This document shows positions 1 through 10,402 of a stretch of 43,576 nt of DNA, piece after piece. The notes below the pieces were generated by a model that saw only the letters and a list, made by a program, of their open reading frames with translations, was not told where the DNA came from and searched no databases. A program made the translations under genes and the position numbers. This DNA comes from a virus (taxonomy: Duplodnaviria; Caudoviricetes), in IMG/VR virus record IMGVR_UViG_3300037311_000448, positions 1 through 43,576 of that record, one strand, 5' to 3'. The first letter of the stretch is position 1, and the number at the start of each line of letters is the position of its first letter.

Positions 1-103
1 TAGTTCTTTTCTTTTTTGGTGATTTTTCACTACCCCGCATCCCTCATAAAACCTCATTCCGAAAAAAAGTAAAAAATAATTTCACTTTTTTACATTTTTT
101 TTC

Positions 104-132
104 TTGCGTACTTAAAATATCTTAAGTATATT
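104..132 (+). promoter_or_regulatory. promoter overlapped by an operator-like inverted repeat
   Basis: TTGCGT(104-109)-17 bp-TATATT(127-132); TACTTAA-N6-TTAAGTA at 109-128; extra half-site TTAAGTA at 189-195. Confidence 0.6.
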
Positions 133-225
133 GCACTTAGTAATTAAAAACAAGCGCAGCACAAACCGCAAAATTCACACTGCGCCTGTTAAGTACCAAA
201 AATTTCTTTCTGGAACGGTAAAGTT

Positions 226-897
226 ATGAAAAAGCAAGTGATGACGCAAGCGTGGGCAATCGCTCGCAAAGCTGCAGTTGAGTTGGGCGGTCGCGCTGTT
301 GAGTTCTTTGCACAAGCTCTGCGCGAGGCATGGAAGCTGGCGAAAACGGTTGTGCCAGCTATGATGGGCGCGGCGATGGTGCAGATACAGGATGAGCAAA
401 CACAATCGAATGCAAAATTCGATTCAAAAAGTGTTGCAGCGTATATAGAGAAAATCAAAGCTCTGTCACTTGAGTTCAAAAGCAAAAAGATTGATGCAGT
501 GAGCGAAGCACAAGAAAAATACGCGAAAGATATTGTGTCTTCCTTTTTTCACGATTTCGCACGTGCTATACAAGACAGCGAAATTCCTGCAAGAAATCAA
601 GCAACAAATAAACAAGGCGAATGCGATGAAGATGAATTTGCAGACGTTTTTATAAATGGTAGCATTGGCGTTCTTGTTCGAGCGTCCTACATGGAGTTAT
701 ATCTCAATGAGTACCTTGAAATCCCCTTTGCAGTCGCAAAAATGAGCAATGCGCGATTGATTATTGATACGCTGAAAAGCGCACCCATGAACGCTGTGAC
801 AGCACAAAAACTGACAAAAAATAATGTTCTACAAATAAACTCAAAACGCCCAAAATTCATTTATGACGATGATGGCGACTTGCTTCGCGTAGAATAA
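226..897 (+). CDS. hypothetical phage protein (moron)
   Basis: 223-aa ORF after the promoter; N-terminus MKKQVMTQAWAIARK...ALREAWKLAK resembles a recurrent small phage motif. Confidence 0.8.
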   Translation: MKKQVMTQAWAIARKAAVELGGRAVEFFAQALREAWKLAKTVVPAMMGAAMVQIQDEQTQSNAKFDSKSVAAYIEKIKALSLEFKSKKIDAVSEAQEKYAKDIVSSFFHDFARAIQDSEIPARNQATNKQGECDEDEFADVFINGSIGVLVRASYMELYLNEYLEIPFAVAKMSNARLIIDTLKSAPMNAVTAQKLTKNNVLQINSKRPKFIYDDDGDLLRVE

Positions 898-962
898 GAA
901 AAAAGACACATTCTTAAAGCGCTGCCGAAGCACGGTCACTATTCAACAAGTAAAATAAAACT

Positions 963-1190
963 ATGAAAACCTACACAACCGCCGAAGCCTCGAAAATACT
1001 TGGATTAACAAAGGCGCAGCTTACGCATTATCGTCAAGGTACGACAGGCAATGCAGTAATACTTACATCAGAGGATTTCTACGAAGTCATCGAAAACGGA
1101 CGCGCGAAAATCTACTATTACGAGTCCGCGCTCGAAAAAATCCAGACGCGGCGGGCAAACCGCTATAATAAGAAAGCCAGCCAAAACTAA
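963..1190 (+). CDS. small HTH DNA-binding protein (MerR/Xis-like)
   Basis: YTTAEASKILGLTKAQLTHYR helix-turn-helix; A-rich start context. Confidence 0.75.
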   Translation: MKTYTTAEASKILGLTKAQLTHYRQGTTGNAVILTSEDFYEVIENGRAKIYYYESALEKIQTRRANRYNKKASQN

Positions 1191-1259
1191 AGAATAAACG
1201 CGCTATGCAAAACATTCAAGAAATTTGCCACGCCGCCGACAATTCGGCTTTAAGACAGC

Positions 1260-1294
1260 AAGCCGCTTCTGCAAAAACAGAGGCGGCTTTTTGT
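1260..1294 (+). terminator. intrinsic terminator between convergent moron and tail operon
   Basis: AAGCCGCTTCTG-caaaaa-CAGAGGCGGCTT followed by a T-run. Confidence 0.8.
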
Positions 1295-1297
1295 ATT

Positions 1298-1855
1298 TTA
1301 CGCCGACCATAACTTTATCGTGCCGTTGTTTATCGTGAGCGTTTCTGTTGCGCCGCTTGTGTTAAACGCTCGTATTTCGATTTGAAGCGCATCGTCACGC
1401 TCTAACCACACACGCTCGTTTATCGCCATGTGCCACGACGTCGCGCTGTTTTTTACGCGATGAAACGAAAACTCATTGTCCGACGTGTAGCCGTTGCGCG
1501 TGACACGCACCGCCAGCACCCACCGCGCCAGATTAACGTTGTGAGCCAGTTCCGCCCACACCTCAACCCGCACAAAATCGGATGCGGGCGCGGTGTACGT
1601 GAACGGCGTTTGCGACGTGACAGCCGCACTCACGGTTTGCGTGTCGTCTGTGTTTACCACCGCCACGCCGTAGGTGCGCGGAGCAACGTTGACAAATTGC
1701 CCAAGCGTCAGCCGATAATGTGCGAGCAAATCAGTCGGCGTTCCTTGTTCGGGCTTGCCTCGTGCGCCGCCGCCCGCCGTGCCAACATTGCCAAACTCCC
1801 ACAAAATTTGTTTTGGCAGAACGCTGTTGTTTTTGTTCAAACTGACCTCAGGCAT
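1298..1855 (-). CDS. putative tail-tip/minor structural protein
   Basis: Last gene of the tail operon; beta-rich 185 aa. Confidence 0.6.
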   Translation of the reverse strand: MPEVSLNKNNSVLPKQILWEFGNVGTAGGGARGKPEQGTPTDLLAHYRLTLGQFVNVAPRTYGVAVVNTDDTQTVSAAVTSQTPFTYTAPASDFVRVEVWAELAHNVNLARWVLAVRVTRNGYTSDNEFSFHRVKNSATSWHMAINERVWLERDDALQIEIRAFNTSGATETLTINNGTIKLWSA

Positions 1856-1857
1856 GG

Positions 1858-3735
1858 CTACAATACCCCCTCCTTCGGCGCAAAAAATTCAAGTTCTTGA
1901 ACGCCGTCGTACAGCGCAAACTCGCTTGCCGTGAGCCATGCTTTTGTTACTTGCGGATAGCCCGCAGGAAATACGCCAGCTTCAAACGTAAACCATTGCC
2001 CGACCGCAAGCGGTGTGCAGCCTGCAAGTGCCGTAAGATGCGCTGTTTTGGCAGGGATTTTTATTTGCTCATAATTGCCAAACATGACTAGTAATTCGTT
2101 AGCAACAAGCGAATGATAACCCGTCGTTTCCGTCCATGCTCGAAACACATACTCCGCTTCGGGCTTGCCCCATTTCCAATCACGCCGTAAAACGCCCGTA
2201 AGGTCGTAGGGCGCGGTTTTGGTTATTAAAGCTGTGTTTTTAACGGCTTTGCCCGTGTCGAACGCGCATGACGGATGCACGGCTATCATATTTTGCCCGT
2301 TTTGTGCATACAGCTTTGTGATGCTGTACTTTTGACTAATAACGCGGTCGGCATCGCTTTCCTCTTTTTTGTCGCCTTCGGGCGGCGGTGTGGCGTTGTG
2401 CCAAAACAATTTTAACGCCCAATCGGTATCGGCAAAACTCGCCCCCTGCTGTGTGTACCGAATGTTGCTAATGCCGTTTGCGTTCAGTTCCACGCCACGC
2501 AGATACTTGAACCCTTGCTCGCCGTCGTCGTCAAGCTCCAGCATATCAGCCGAGAGAACGATAGTTGGGTCGCTATTGCTGCCGTTTTCCGTGCCGTACA
2601 TTTTATCAATATGAAAAAACGTGCGTGCGTTGCTGTAACGCACGATTGAACCCGCTTCGTACATTTCTTTTAGGGCATCAAACATGGTCTCGCGTTGATG
2701 CAAAGGACTTCCGTTGTCTAACATGCCGCCGCGTCGCTCGCCGTTCGGGGGCTCTAACACTGACCCCAAAAACCACATATTTGCGGACGTAACTCCCAAT
2801 CCTTTAGAAAAATCAGTGGGGTCGGCGGCGTAGTACAAACCAAACGCCCATCCGCCTGTGGGTACAGCAGACGTGCCGACACTTGTACGGTCCACTTTCT
2901 GGGTAACTTCGTTGGTGATTTCCTCCAACACAGCGTAAAAATCTGAAACCTTGTAATACACCATACCTGCATTGCTGGCATCAACGTTCTTTTGCTGCTC
3001 AATAAACTGCGCTTTTTTTGGGTTGTCTTGAAACTCAACATTAGCAGCGTAGGACGCATTTTGTACAACTTTTGAACGTAATTTTGTTACCACCGACGAA
3101 GGACTTATCTGCTCTAACACAAAACGCGCTGAGTGCATGAACTCAACTGAAAGCGGGCGATACGCGCCTTTGCGGGCAGTTTTGAAAAATAATTTTGCTG
3201 TGGGCGAAAGCCTTTGACAGCCTGTAAACATAAACCTAAAATTTGCTTCATCTAAAGCACTGTCGCCTTTGTCGCTTTTGAGGATAATTACGTTTGTTAA
3301 TTTGTATTCTTTTACGTCTGGTTCAATCGTTTGTGCTGGTATATTTGTTATGACATCTTGCCAATATCCGCCCTCCACTTCATTTGCATCAACCACCCAG
3401 ACGCGCTGCGTTTCTGTGTACGCAGGAACGACGGTCGGTGCAACGTTTTCAATTAAAAACGGCTTTAACAAACGATTACGCAAAAAATCCAATTCTGGCG
3501 TGGCAAGCAACGTTTCCAGGTTAAACGTCACCGTCAGCGTTGGTGTGTCAGTGATGCCGATTGGCAGGCCGCTTGCAAACTTACATGACCACTTGAGCGA
3601 TTCTTTTGTGACGCAGTTGTCGGGCAAAACAATCTCCGTTGGAGTATTGAGCGGTGCGGGGTCAGCAGTAAACAACTCCATCCGCCACCGCCAGCCGTTT
3701 TTAGCACGGAACGTATGCGTAAAAATAGCGTTCAT
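1858..3735 (-). CDS. putative tail tip/hub protein
   Basis: 625 aa; second gene after tape measure; ATGA overlap with the upstream gene. Confidence 0.65.
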   Translation of the reverse strand: MNAIFTHTFRAKNGWRWRMELFTADPAPLNTPTEIVLPDNCVTKESLKWSCKFASGLPIGITDTPTLTVTFNLETLLATPELDFLRNRLLKPFLIENVAPTVVPAYTETQRVWVVDANEVEGGYWQDVITNIPAQTIEPDVKEYKLTNVIILKSDKGDSALDEANFRFMFTGCQRLSPTAKLFFKTARKGAYRPLSVEFMHSARFVLEQISPSSVVTKLRSKVVQNASYAANVEFQDNPKKAQFIEQQKNVDASNAGMVYYKVSDFYAVLEEITNEVTQKVDRTSVGTSAVPTGGWAFGLYYAADPTDFSKGLGVTSANMWFLGSVLEPPNGERRGGMLDNGSPLHQRETMFDALKEMYEAGSIVRYSNARTFFHIDKMYGTENGSNSDPTIVLSADMLELDDDGEQGFKYLRGVELNANGISNIRYTQQGASFADTDWALKLFWHNATPPPEGDKKEESDADRVISQKYSITKLYAQNGQNMIAVHPSCAFDTGKAVKNTALITKTAPYDLTGVLRRDWKWGKPEAEYVFRAWTETTGYHSLVANELLVMFGNYEQIKIPAKTAHLTALAGCTPLAVGQWFTFEAGVFPAGYPQVTKAWLTASEFALYDGVQELEFFAPKEGVL

Positions 3736-4187
3736 TCGTAAAATCGGGAGATAAGTTTGAACGAAAGTTCGTTGTAGGTTTTGCCGTCGCTGTCCGCTGC
3801 GTCAAAGCTGGCAAGCGTAACGTGCCGATTGAGCAGCAAAGTTCGTGCTGCGGCTATTTGTTGTGCTGCGGTTGTGTCGTAGCGTCCGAGCGTGATACCT
3901 TTGACGCGCATTGCTTTATCGCCTTTCAGAAAATTTACAAACGCAAGGTAGTCGCTGGTGTCGGGGTGCGTCGCGCTTTTAACGGTCAGCATGGGAAAAC
4001 ATTTTACGCTGAACTCAAAAATCCGTGAGTGCTGGTACAAGCCCGACGTGTACTCAGCAAGTTTTTCGTGCGCGGCGTTGGGAAAAATTCGCAGCACATT
4101 GATTTGAAACTCCGCCAAACCCGTTGCAAACGCCCACGTGTCAGCTTTTTCAAGCGTCAGAATTGGTATAGAAACGTTAATAGGCAT
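3732..4187 (-). CDS. putative distal tail protein
   Basis: 151 aa immediately after tape measure (position only). Confidence 0.55.
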   Translation of the reverse strand: MPINVSIPILTLEKADTWAFATGLAEFQINVLRIFPNAAHEKLAEYTSGLYQHSRIFEFSVKCFPMLTVKSATHPDTSDYLAFVNFLKGDKAMRVKGITLGRYDTTAAQQIAAARTLLLNRHVTLASFDAADSDGKTYNELSFKLISRFYE

Positions 4188-4188
4188 T

Positions 4189-7100
4189 TTATCCTAACAC
4201 CTCTCTTGCTTTTATGCGCTCCACACGCTGCACAAGCGCGTCGTGGTCAGTATGCAAACGGAAATCCACGTTGTGATTTGTTGTACTGGTGCGGTTTTGG
4301 GCGGCGCGGGTGAGGCGTTCAATTGCCGCCAAACGCTCCGTGATGTTTTTTAATTCGTTGTTTGTTTGTGCCGTTGCCGCCAAAATCAAGCGATTATTCA
4401 TGGGCGCAAGCGTCATCTGCACGTGCGGCGCGGGCGCAATCGTGCGAACGGCTTCGGTCATTGTGGTTTGTGCTGTTTGCAACTGCACAGAAACAACCCG
4501 CACAACGTCGCTAATTGTCGCCTGCACAACTCGCGTTATGTCCGCCGTTCGGCGGGGCAAATACACCGCCTCAAAGTATTCTTCCGATGATTTGCCCGCG
4601 TGAATGTGTTCCAGCAATCGCCGTTCTTTGCGCGTTGTTTGTGCGGTAGAAACAAATTCCTCGCGGTGAACAACGCCCGCTACGTCCGTTTCCTTGCCCA
4701 CGCCTGTAAACCCGCCCGTGCGAAAGCCCCCCAAGGCTGACGACAACGCACTTTCAGCTAAACCAACAGCGGCATACAAGGCTGCGGTGAGCGCGGCAGC
4801 TTGAGCAATTCCCGCAACACCAAATGTTGCTGCTGATTGAGCACTGGCTAACGAAAATCCAGTGATTTGTGCAACAAAGATAGGGATAAGAGATTTTAAT
4901 ACGCCAAACAATGTTTTAACAAGCGATTTGCCAAAATTTTGCCCGCTTGCAATCATTTCACCAAACGATCCCGCAGCTGCCAGAGCGACCGTTGCAAACA
5001 ACTGTTGTTGTTGCGCGGCGGCGGCTTGCTCGACCTGTACTTGCTCTTGTTTTTTTGCTGTATATTCATTTTGTAGCTCCACCAACCGCTCGCCCGTTGC
5101 GGTTTGCTGTTCTAACAAGATTGCGTCTAATTGCCGTGCAAGAGAATTACGCCGCACAAGCGTGTCCTCGAAAATTTTCAACTTTGTTTTTGCATCGTCG
5201 GCAATCCCCTTGAACACAGGCGCAAGCACGTCTTTAGCGTTTTGTTGTAGGCTTGCATAAAAATTTTCCAGCACGCTTTTAATATCCAACGTTCCCAAGC
5301 GCGTTAAAAAATCGCCCACGCTGGCGGCTTGGCTGCCGCTTGACTCCACGCCTTGCGCCCGTAGTTGCAACGCACGAATGCGCTTGTTATATTCATCTAA
5401 CGTAATTTCCTTTGTACGAAGTTGCCCGACAAGGACATCTTCTTCTTTTTTTAATGCGTCTTTTTCTTTTTGTGCGCTGTCTTTGCGGCGTTCTTCGGCG
5501 GCGCGTTCGAGGTTGTCGTAATGGTCTCTGTACAAAGTTTCGCGTACGCCAAACAACGCACGAATCAGTGGGTTTTCGCCAGCTAATTGTGCGGCTTCGG
5601 CTTGCGCTTGCTGCGATGAAATCCGTGCAATAATTTCTAATTTTCGCTGTTCGTTATCGCCAATTTTTGCTAATTCTTCTGCTAATTGTTTATCTAATTG
5701 TGCTGTACGAATTTCAAACTCTGCACGGCTCGTTGTAGCCGCTTTAGCAGCGCGAAAATTTCCTGTTGCATCAATTATATCAAGTTCGTATTTCAAACGC
5801 GCCTGAGCGACCGCAGCGGCGTTTTCGCCAGCAATGCGAATTTCTTCATCACGAGTGGCAATAGCTTGAGCAATGCGTACAGCATACTCGCGCTGTGTGC
5901 CGTCAGTGATAGATTTTGCCCGAACAAGAGCAAGCTCGTTTTGTGTTCTAATTTCTGTGTCTTTCTGAATTTTAGCATTGCTGTTGAGCAACTGACGAAA
6001 CGCCGCCGCGACTTCGCCGCCGTACAATTTGTTTTGTCCGTCCGTAAACTCCTGCTGAAGTGTGGTAAATATTTTTTCTGTTTCAGCTGCAAGCTGTGCG
6101 CCGTTTAATTTGAGGCTTGGTGCGGCCTCAAGCAGTTGCGTTTGGCGGCGTTGGAACTCCTGCGTCCCCTCCACAAACGAACGTATGCGCTGTTCGTTTT
6201 CCAGCGTAGAGATTGCCAACGTAGCCGATTTGCGGCGTTCTGCGCTGGCAATGTCCTGTTGCGTGATGGAAGCAAGGTAATTTTTTTGCGTTTCTAAAGC
6301 GGTGCGACGTTTTTCCTCTTCACTCTTTCGTACACGCTCTGCATCTTCTTTAATAAATCTATCACTGAGTTTGGCGCGGTCGGCTTCAAATTCAGTCCGT
6401 TTGTTGCGTGCTTCTTTGAATTGCAACGCAGCTTCGGCGTTGGTGAGCAATCCAAATTTTTTTTCAATGGCAATTTTTTTCTCTTCGAGCGTGAGTTTGT
6501 CTTTAAGCTCTTGCTCAGCGCGTTGCCGTGGGTCAGCGATGAGTCTGCGCTTGCCTTCAAAAAGTGTTTTTTCATTTTCAATTTCTTTTGCTGCGCTCTC
6601 TTTGGCAATTTTGAGACGGTTTTCATAGACAAGGCTGTTTTCGCGGTTTTTTTGCCGTAATTCTTCTTTGCTTTGCTCTTTGCTGGACTCACGAACCTGC
6701 TGGTTTGCGTCTTTTTGAGCATCGGCAAGATTTGTAATCTCTTTCTGTTTGGCGGCAATTTGCGTCTGCAAAAAATCAATCTGGTCTTTGTTGCCCGCCT
6801 TCACTGCGTCGTTCAGCTTTTTTTGCAAATCGGCAATTTCTTTTTGCACGTCCGTTGTTTTTGTATCAATCTGCAACGATGCTTTTATGCCCGTTTCGAT
6901 TTTGCTTTTAAGGCTTGCAAGGGCTTGGTCAAACTGCTCGGCAAGTTTTTTCAAATCTACTTGTGGCACAATCGGCGTGGAAAGCGCGTCCACAAGCTCT
7001 TTTGCCGCGTCTTTTGATTTCACGACCTCGCCCGCCAGCTTTGTAAATTCCTCTTTGCCCACCGCGCCCACCGCTCGTGCCTGTTGCACCGTGCCGCGCA

Positions 7101-9006
7101 AGGCTTCGGTTTGCTCGTCCACAGCGAGCTTCGTTTCCCTGTACTTTGTTTTAAGTTCCTCTTGCTGTTTTATTGCCTCGTCAAGCTGTTTTTTCGTGCC
7201 TGCGTCGTTCGGGTTCACGCGCAATTTTGCCTGTGCGTCGAATATTGCTTTTTGAACATCGCCCAGCTGTTTTGCGTACCCCGACAGCGCGTTTTTACTT
7301 TGCTCTAATTGCGTCACCTGTGCCGCAAAGCCGTCTTTTACTTTTGCAATCGCCGCGACGTTATCGCCCGACAGCAGCTTCTTTTGCTCGGCGGCGTACT
7401 CTTGTACTTTTTTGATATTGAGGTCGTACACCGTCACGAGGTTGCCGTTTTCGTCGGCAATCTTTTTGATTCCCTGCACCGCGCCCGGAACTTGTCGTGC
7501 AATCGCCTCGGAAATGTTTGCTTTGTCCGCCGCCGTGGTGCTGCTGTCGCCAAGTTTTTGAATTTGTTCGTCAAACGTTTTTAGTTTATCAGTTTCAAAG
7601 GGAATATCGGACAGTTTTTTAAGTGCTGGAGTAACAGCGTCTATGCGGTCTTGAATTTGCTTTGCTTGCGCGGCAATGGTTTCAGCAAGTTTAACATCTT
7701 GAGCGGCTTTTTCTGCTTCTTGAAACCCTTTGGTAAAATTTTCTGCGAAATTAAAATTGCCCGACAACGCACCTTGTATAACCGCGCCGACCCCAGAAAG
7801 GTTTGATTTTAGATTGTCAAGAATGCCTCCGAGCGACGTAAACCCAGCACCCACATTCACGCCAGCAATTTGCAGCGTCGCCAGCCCTTGTGCAAGCGCG
7901 ACCACAGGCGACACCACAGCCCCAAGCAGCGAAGCAAGTTTTGCCACACCCGTTGCAGCCGCGCCAATACTGGAAACTACAAATCCCAAGCCGCTTCCGA
8001 TGAGCTTAAAAGCCTCGCCTGCAACTTTTTTGATTGTGCCAAAGGTTTCGCTGCCAAAAAATCCGTTCAAGCCACTAACAATATTTTTTGCCGATTCAAA
8101 TATAGGCGCACCAAGCTCCCGAAACGACGCGCCAATGTTGTCTGAAAGCGTCGAAAGCTGGCCTTCAAACGTGTTGGAAAGTGCTTTCATGCCGCCGCCA
8201 AATTTATCTCCCGCCAAATCCAACGTGGCTTTTAACGCTTTATCCAAAGGAGATGTAAGCTCCCCTGATTTGCTAAACTCAATGCCGACCGCTTTTAATT
8301 GTTCGCGGGTAACAATCCCCAGTTCTTGAAAGCGTGAAATTGCCTCACCCGTTGCGCCCGATGAAAATTTACCAATCAGGAGCGAAATATCTTCAAACGA
8401 TTGTCCTGTGCCGGCGGCAATGTCTCCAGCGATTGTACGAAGCTGTTTGCTGTCACGCCCTGTTTTTTCGATTGCCTTTTGTCCTGTCAGCCCAAATCCC
8501 AACAGCACTTTTTCCGCACGAGCAATTTCAGGCAATTCAAACGGCGTTTCCGCGCCAAATTTTGCTAATTCCTCCAGCGTTGCTTTTGCTTTTTGTGTTG
8601 AGCCTGTAAGCGTTGCCAGTTGCACCGTGTAGCGTTCAAATTCTGCGTTGCTGTCTAACATTGCTTTGCCAACACCAGCAATGCCGCCTGCAAGTGATTC
8701 AATCGCACCGCCAAGTACAACGCCCGCCGCCGTACTCAACGCACTTTTCAAAAACCCTGCGTTGTCAGCTGCTCCTTTTAGAGCGTTTGTCAAACCGTTT
8801 AATGCGCCGCCGCCGGCTGTGTCTAATTGTTTTTTTGCAGAATCAACTTGTCGTAAACTTGCTGCCGTTTCGCTTGCGCCATCTGCACGAACAGCGATAA
8901 CAGCACTTTTGCTTTGCCCTGCAAACTGTGTTAAAGCTTGCCGCGCCTGCGCCAGTGGCTGCAAAAATCCTTTAATGTCTAATGCTATTGCGGCTGTGAG
9001 CGTCAT
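4189..9006 (-). CDS. tail tape measure protein
   Basis: 1605 aa, Ala/Gln/Lys-rich helical; tape-measure motif FGAETPFELPEI; C-terminal GGFTG...VAGVVHREEFV. Confidence 0.95.
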   Translation of the reverse strand: MTLTAAIALDIKGFLQPLAQARQALTQFAGQSKSAVIAVRADGASETAASLRQVDSAKKQLDTAGGGALNGLTNALKGAADNAGFLKSALSTAAGVVLGGAIESLAGGIAGVGKAMLDSNAEFERYTVQLATLTGSTQKAKATLEELAKFGAETPFELPEIARAEKVLLGFGLTGQKAIEKTGRDSKQLRTIAGDIAAGTGQSFEDISLLIGKFSSGATGEAISRFQELGIVTREQLKAVGIEFSKSGELTSPLDKALKATLDLAGDKFGGGMKALSNTFEGQLSTLSDNIGASFRELGAPIFESAKNIVSGLNGFFGSETFGTIKKVAGEAFKLIGSGLGFVVSSIGAAATGVAKLASLLGAVVSPVVALAQGLATLQIAGVNVGAGFTSLGGILDNLKSNLSGVGAVIQGALSGNFNFAENFTKGFQEAEKAAQDVKLAETIAAQAKQIQDRIDAVTPALKKLSDIPFETDKLKTFDEQIQKLGDSSTTAADKANISEAIARQVPGAVQGIKKIADENGNLVTVYDLNIKKVQEYAAEQKKLLSGDNVAAIAKVKDGFAAQVTQLEQSKNALSGYAKQLGDVQKAIFDAQAKLRVNPNDAGTKKQLDEAIKQQEELKTKYRETKLAVDEQTEALRGTVQQARAVGAVGKEEFTKLAGEVVKSKDAAKELVDALSTPIVPQVDLKKLAEQFDQALASLKSKIETGIKASLQIDTKTTDVQKEIADLQKKLNDAVKAGNKDQIDFLQTQIAAKQKEITNLADAQKDANQQVRESSKEQSKEELRQKNRENSLVYENRLKIAKESAAKEIENEKTLFEGKRRLIADPRQRAEQELKDKLTLEEKKIAIEKKFGLLTNAEAALQFKEARNKRTEFEADRAKLSDRFIKEDAERVRKSEEEKRRTALETQKNYLASITQQDIASAERRKSATLAISTLENEQRIRSFVEGTQEFQRRQTQLLEAAPSLKLNGAQLAAETEKIFTTLQQEFTDGQNKLYGGEVAAAFRQLLNSNAKIQKDTEIRTQNELALVRAKSITDGTQREYAVRIAQAIATRDEEIRIAGENAAAVAQARLKYELDIIDATGNFRAAKAATTSRAEFEIRTAQLDKQLAEELAKIGDNEQRKLEIIARISSQQAQAEAAQLAGENPLIRALFGVRETLYRDHYDNLERAAEERRKDSAQKEKDALKKEEDVLVGQLRTKEITLDEYNKRIRALQLRAQGVESSGSQAASVGDFLTRLGTLDIKSVLENFYASLQQNAKDVLAPVFKGIADDAKTKLKIFEDTLVRRNSLARQLDAILLEQQTATGERLVELQNEYTAKKQEQVQVEQAAAAQQQQLFATVALAAAGSFGEMIASGQNFGKSLVKTLFGVLKSLIPIFVAQITGFSLASAQSAATFGVAGIAQAAALTAALYAAVGLAESALSSALGGFRTGGFTGVGKETDVAGVVHREEFVSTAQTTRKERRLLEHIHAGKSSEEYFEAVYLPRRTADITRVVQATISDVVRVVSVQLQTAQTTMTEAVRTIAPAPHVQMTLAPMNNRLILAATAQTNNELKNITERLAAIERLTRAAQNRTSTTNHNVDFRLHTDHDALVQRVERIKAREVLG

Positions 9007-9021
9007 CGTTTTTTACGTTAC

Positions 9022-9351
9022 TTACATTGAATCATTCCATTCCTGCACCCAATCGGGTACAGCGTCATTCGGTTTGTCCGCGTCGTCGGGTGTGTTTTCG
9101 CGGATTTTTGCATCAGCATACGACAACAGCCAGTAGAGCGGCATATTCATCGCGGCGCGGTGTTTTGTGATGTCGCCGCCTGTGACAAGCCGCACCGTGA
9201 AAAAATGAGGGCTGGGCGGCTTGTCGTACACGGAAACATATTCGCCGTCCGCCTCCACCATCCGCACCCAGTCGCCGTCGGTCACCGTGCCAGTTTCGTC
9301 AAAAAGGTAGCGGAAGCGGTCGGGAAGCTCTTTCCCGCGAAAGCGAAAAAA
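9022..9351 (-). CDS. tail assembly chaperone gpT portion, expressed by -1 frameshift
   Basis: The -1 frame is open from slippery sites T_TTT_TTC (9345-9351) and G_GGA_AAG (9330-9336) to the stop at 9022. Confidence 0.8.
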   Translation of the reverse strand, partial: FFRFRGKELPDRFRYLFDETGTVTDGDWVRMVEADGEYVSVYDKPPSPHFFTVRLVTGGDITKHRAAMNMPLYWLLSYADAKIRENTPDDADKPNDAVPDWVQEWNDSM

Positions 9352-9740
9352 TCCTTGATGCTCTCCAACAACGGTAAAAATTGCCTGTTCGGCAGGTTGC
9401 CCAAAAGTTCCATCCGTTGTTCTACGTCCGCCCGCCTGAACACGCGGTCGTTTTCGGGCAAAAACAGCACCGCCAGCGCACGGCGCAAAAGCGCCTTGTC
9501 GCCCGCAATGGTTTCAATAATGACCGACAACGCAGCTAACTGTTCTGTGCTGTTATTGTCTAAAGCATTAACGGCGGGCAACACATCGCCCACAAGCGCA
9601 ATCAATTCCTCGTCTTGCAGCGCGGTCATTTCTTCGTGAAAATCTACCACGCGGTACCGTGTGCCGTCCGCCGTGGTAAATCCTAATTGGGTGTTTTGCT
9701 GCCACACGGCTGCCAATTCTTCGTTTTTTGCCTTTGCCAT
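9282..9740 (-). CDS. tail assembly chaperone (gpG-like)
   Basis: Between tail tube and tape measure; ATG (MAKAKNEE) in A-rich context; slippery sequences near the 3' end. Confidence 0.85.
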   Translation of the reverse strand: MAKAKNEELAAVWQQNTQLGFTTADGTRYRVVDFHEEMTALQDEELIALVGDVLPAVNALDNNSTEQLAALSVIIETIAGDKALLRRALAVLFLPENDRVFRRADVEQRMELLGNLPNRQFLPLLESIKDFFAFAGKSFPTASATFLTKLAR

Positions 9741-9766
9741 TATCTTGTAAAAAATGTGTTGTAAAA

Positions 9767-9820
9767 TTTGCCTCGCCCCGCCGCCTGTGCACGGCAAACG
9801 GGGCTTTTGAGGCAAAGGGG
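9767..9820. other. intergenic stem-loop after the tail tube gene
   Basis: TTTGCCTC/GAGGCAAA and GCCCCG/CGGGGC nested inverted repeats. Confidence 0.6.
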
Positions 9821-9838
9821 TTTTTGTTTCCCGCGTGG

Positions 9839-10402
9839 TTAGTTTTCGGCAAATGCGTACAAATCGCCCGGTTTCACCACGACAGACGCAGGACGGTCTC
9901 CAGCAGGCAAAGCCAACAGTGGGTTGCCTGGCGTGTTTGTCGCGTCAATCGTCACGGTCAGGTCAGTAGTGCCAATGTAGGCACTGGCGGCAAACGAAAA
10001 CGGAAACTCTGCGCCGTTGTTTTTCAGTTCAAAGTTTTCCGCAATGCTCACGTTCGGGTAAACATACACGCCCGTTTTGCCATTGACCAACTTTTCGTTA
10101 TCCACTTTGATAATCAGGTATTTTTTTGTGCGGTTTTTTACAAAAAAGTCCAGAAGCTCGCTCGTGCGCGGGCGGAACGCTGTGCCTTTGAAGGTGATGT
10201 CGCCGCCTGTGCTGGACAAGGAATACGAGTTACCTGTTTCGTCCAATACTTTTTCTTCGTTTCCTGTCCCAAGCCCAAAGGTGGATTCCTTGATGATTGG
10301 AAACTTTTGTACTGTCGCCGCGACGATTGCGCCTGTTACGTCGTCAATCTCATGCACCCACGCCCACGCGCTGCCGTATTTTGCAGGGTTTCGTCTATCC
10401 AT
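9839..10402 (-). CDS. major tail (tube) protein
   Basis: 187 aa, beta-rich, directly upstream of the chaperones and tape measure. Confidence 0.75.
   Translation of the reverse strand: MDRRNPAKYGSAWAWVHEIDDVTGAIVAATVQKFPIIKESTFGLGTGNEEKVLDETGNSYSLSSTGGDITFKGTAFRPRTSELLDFFVKNRTKKYLIIKVDNEKLVNGKTGVYVYPNVSIAENFELKNNGAEFPFSFAASAYIGTTDLTVTIDATNTPGNPLLALPAGDRPASVVVKPGDLYAFAEN

Noticed and set aside
62-102. A-run/T-run inverted repeat at the left end
   Set aside because: Low-complexity AT-rich promoter-upstream sequence
4289-9136. Many plus-strand ORFs over the tape measure gene, and likewise over other long genes
   Set aside because: Antisense shadows of well-supported minus-strand genes
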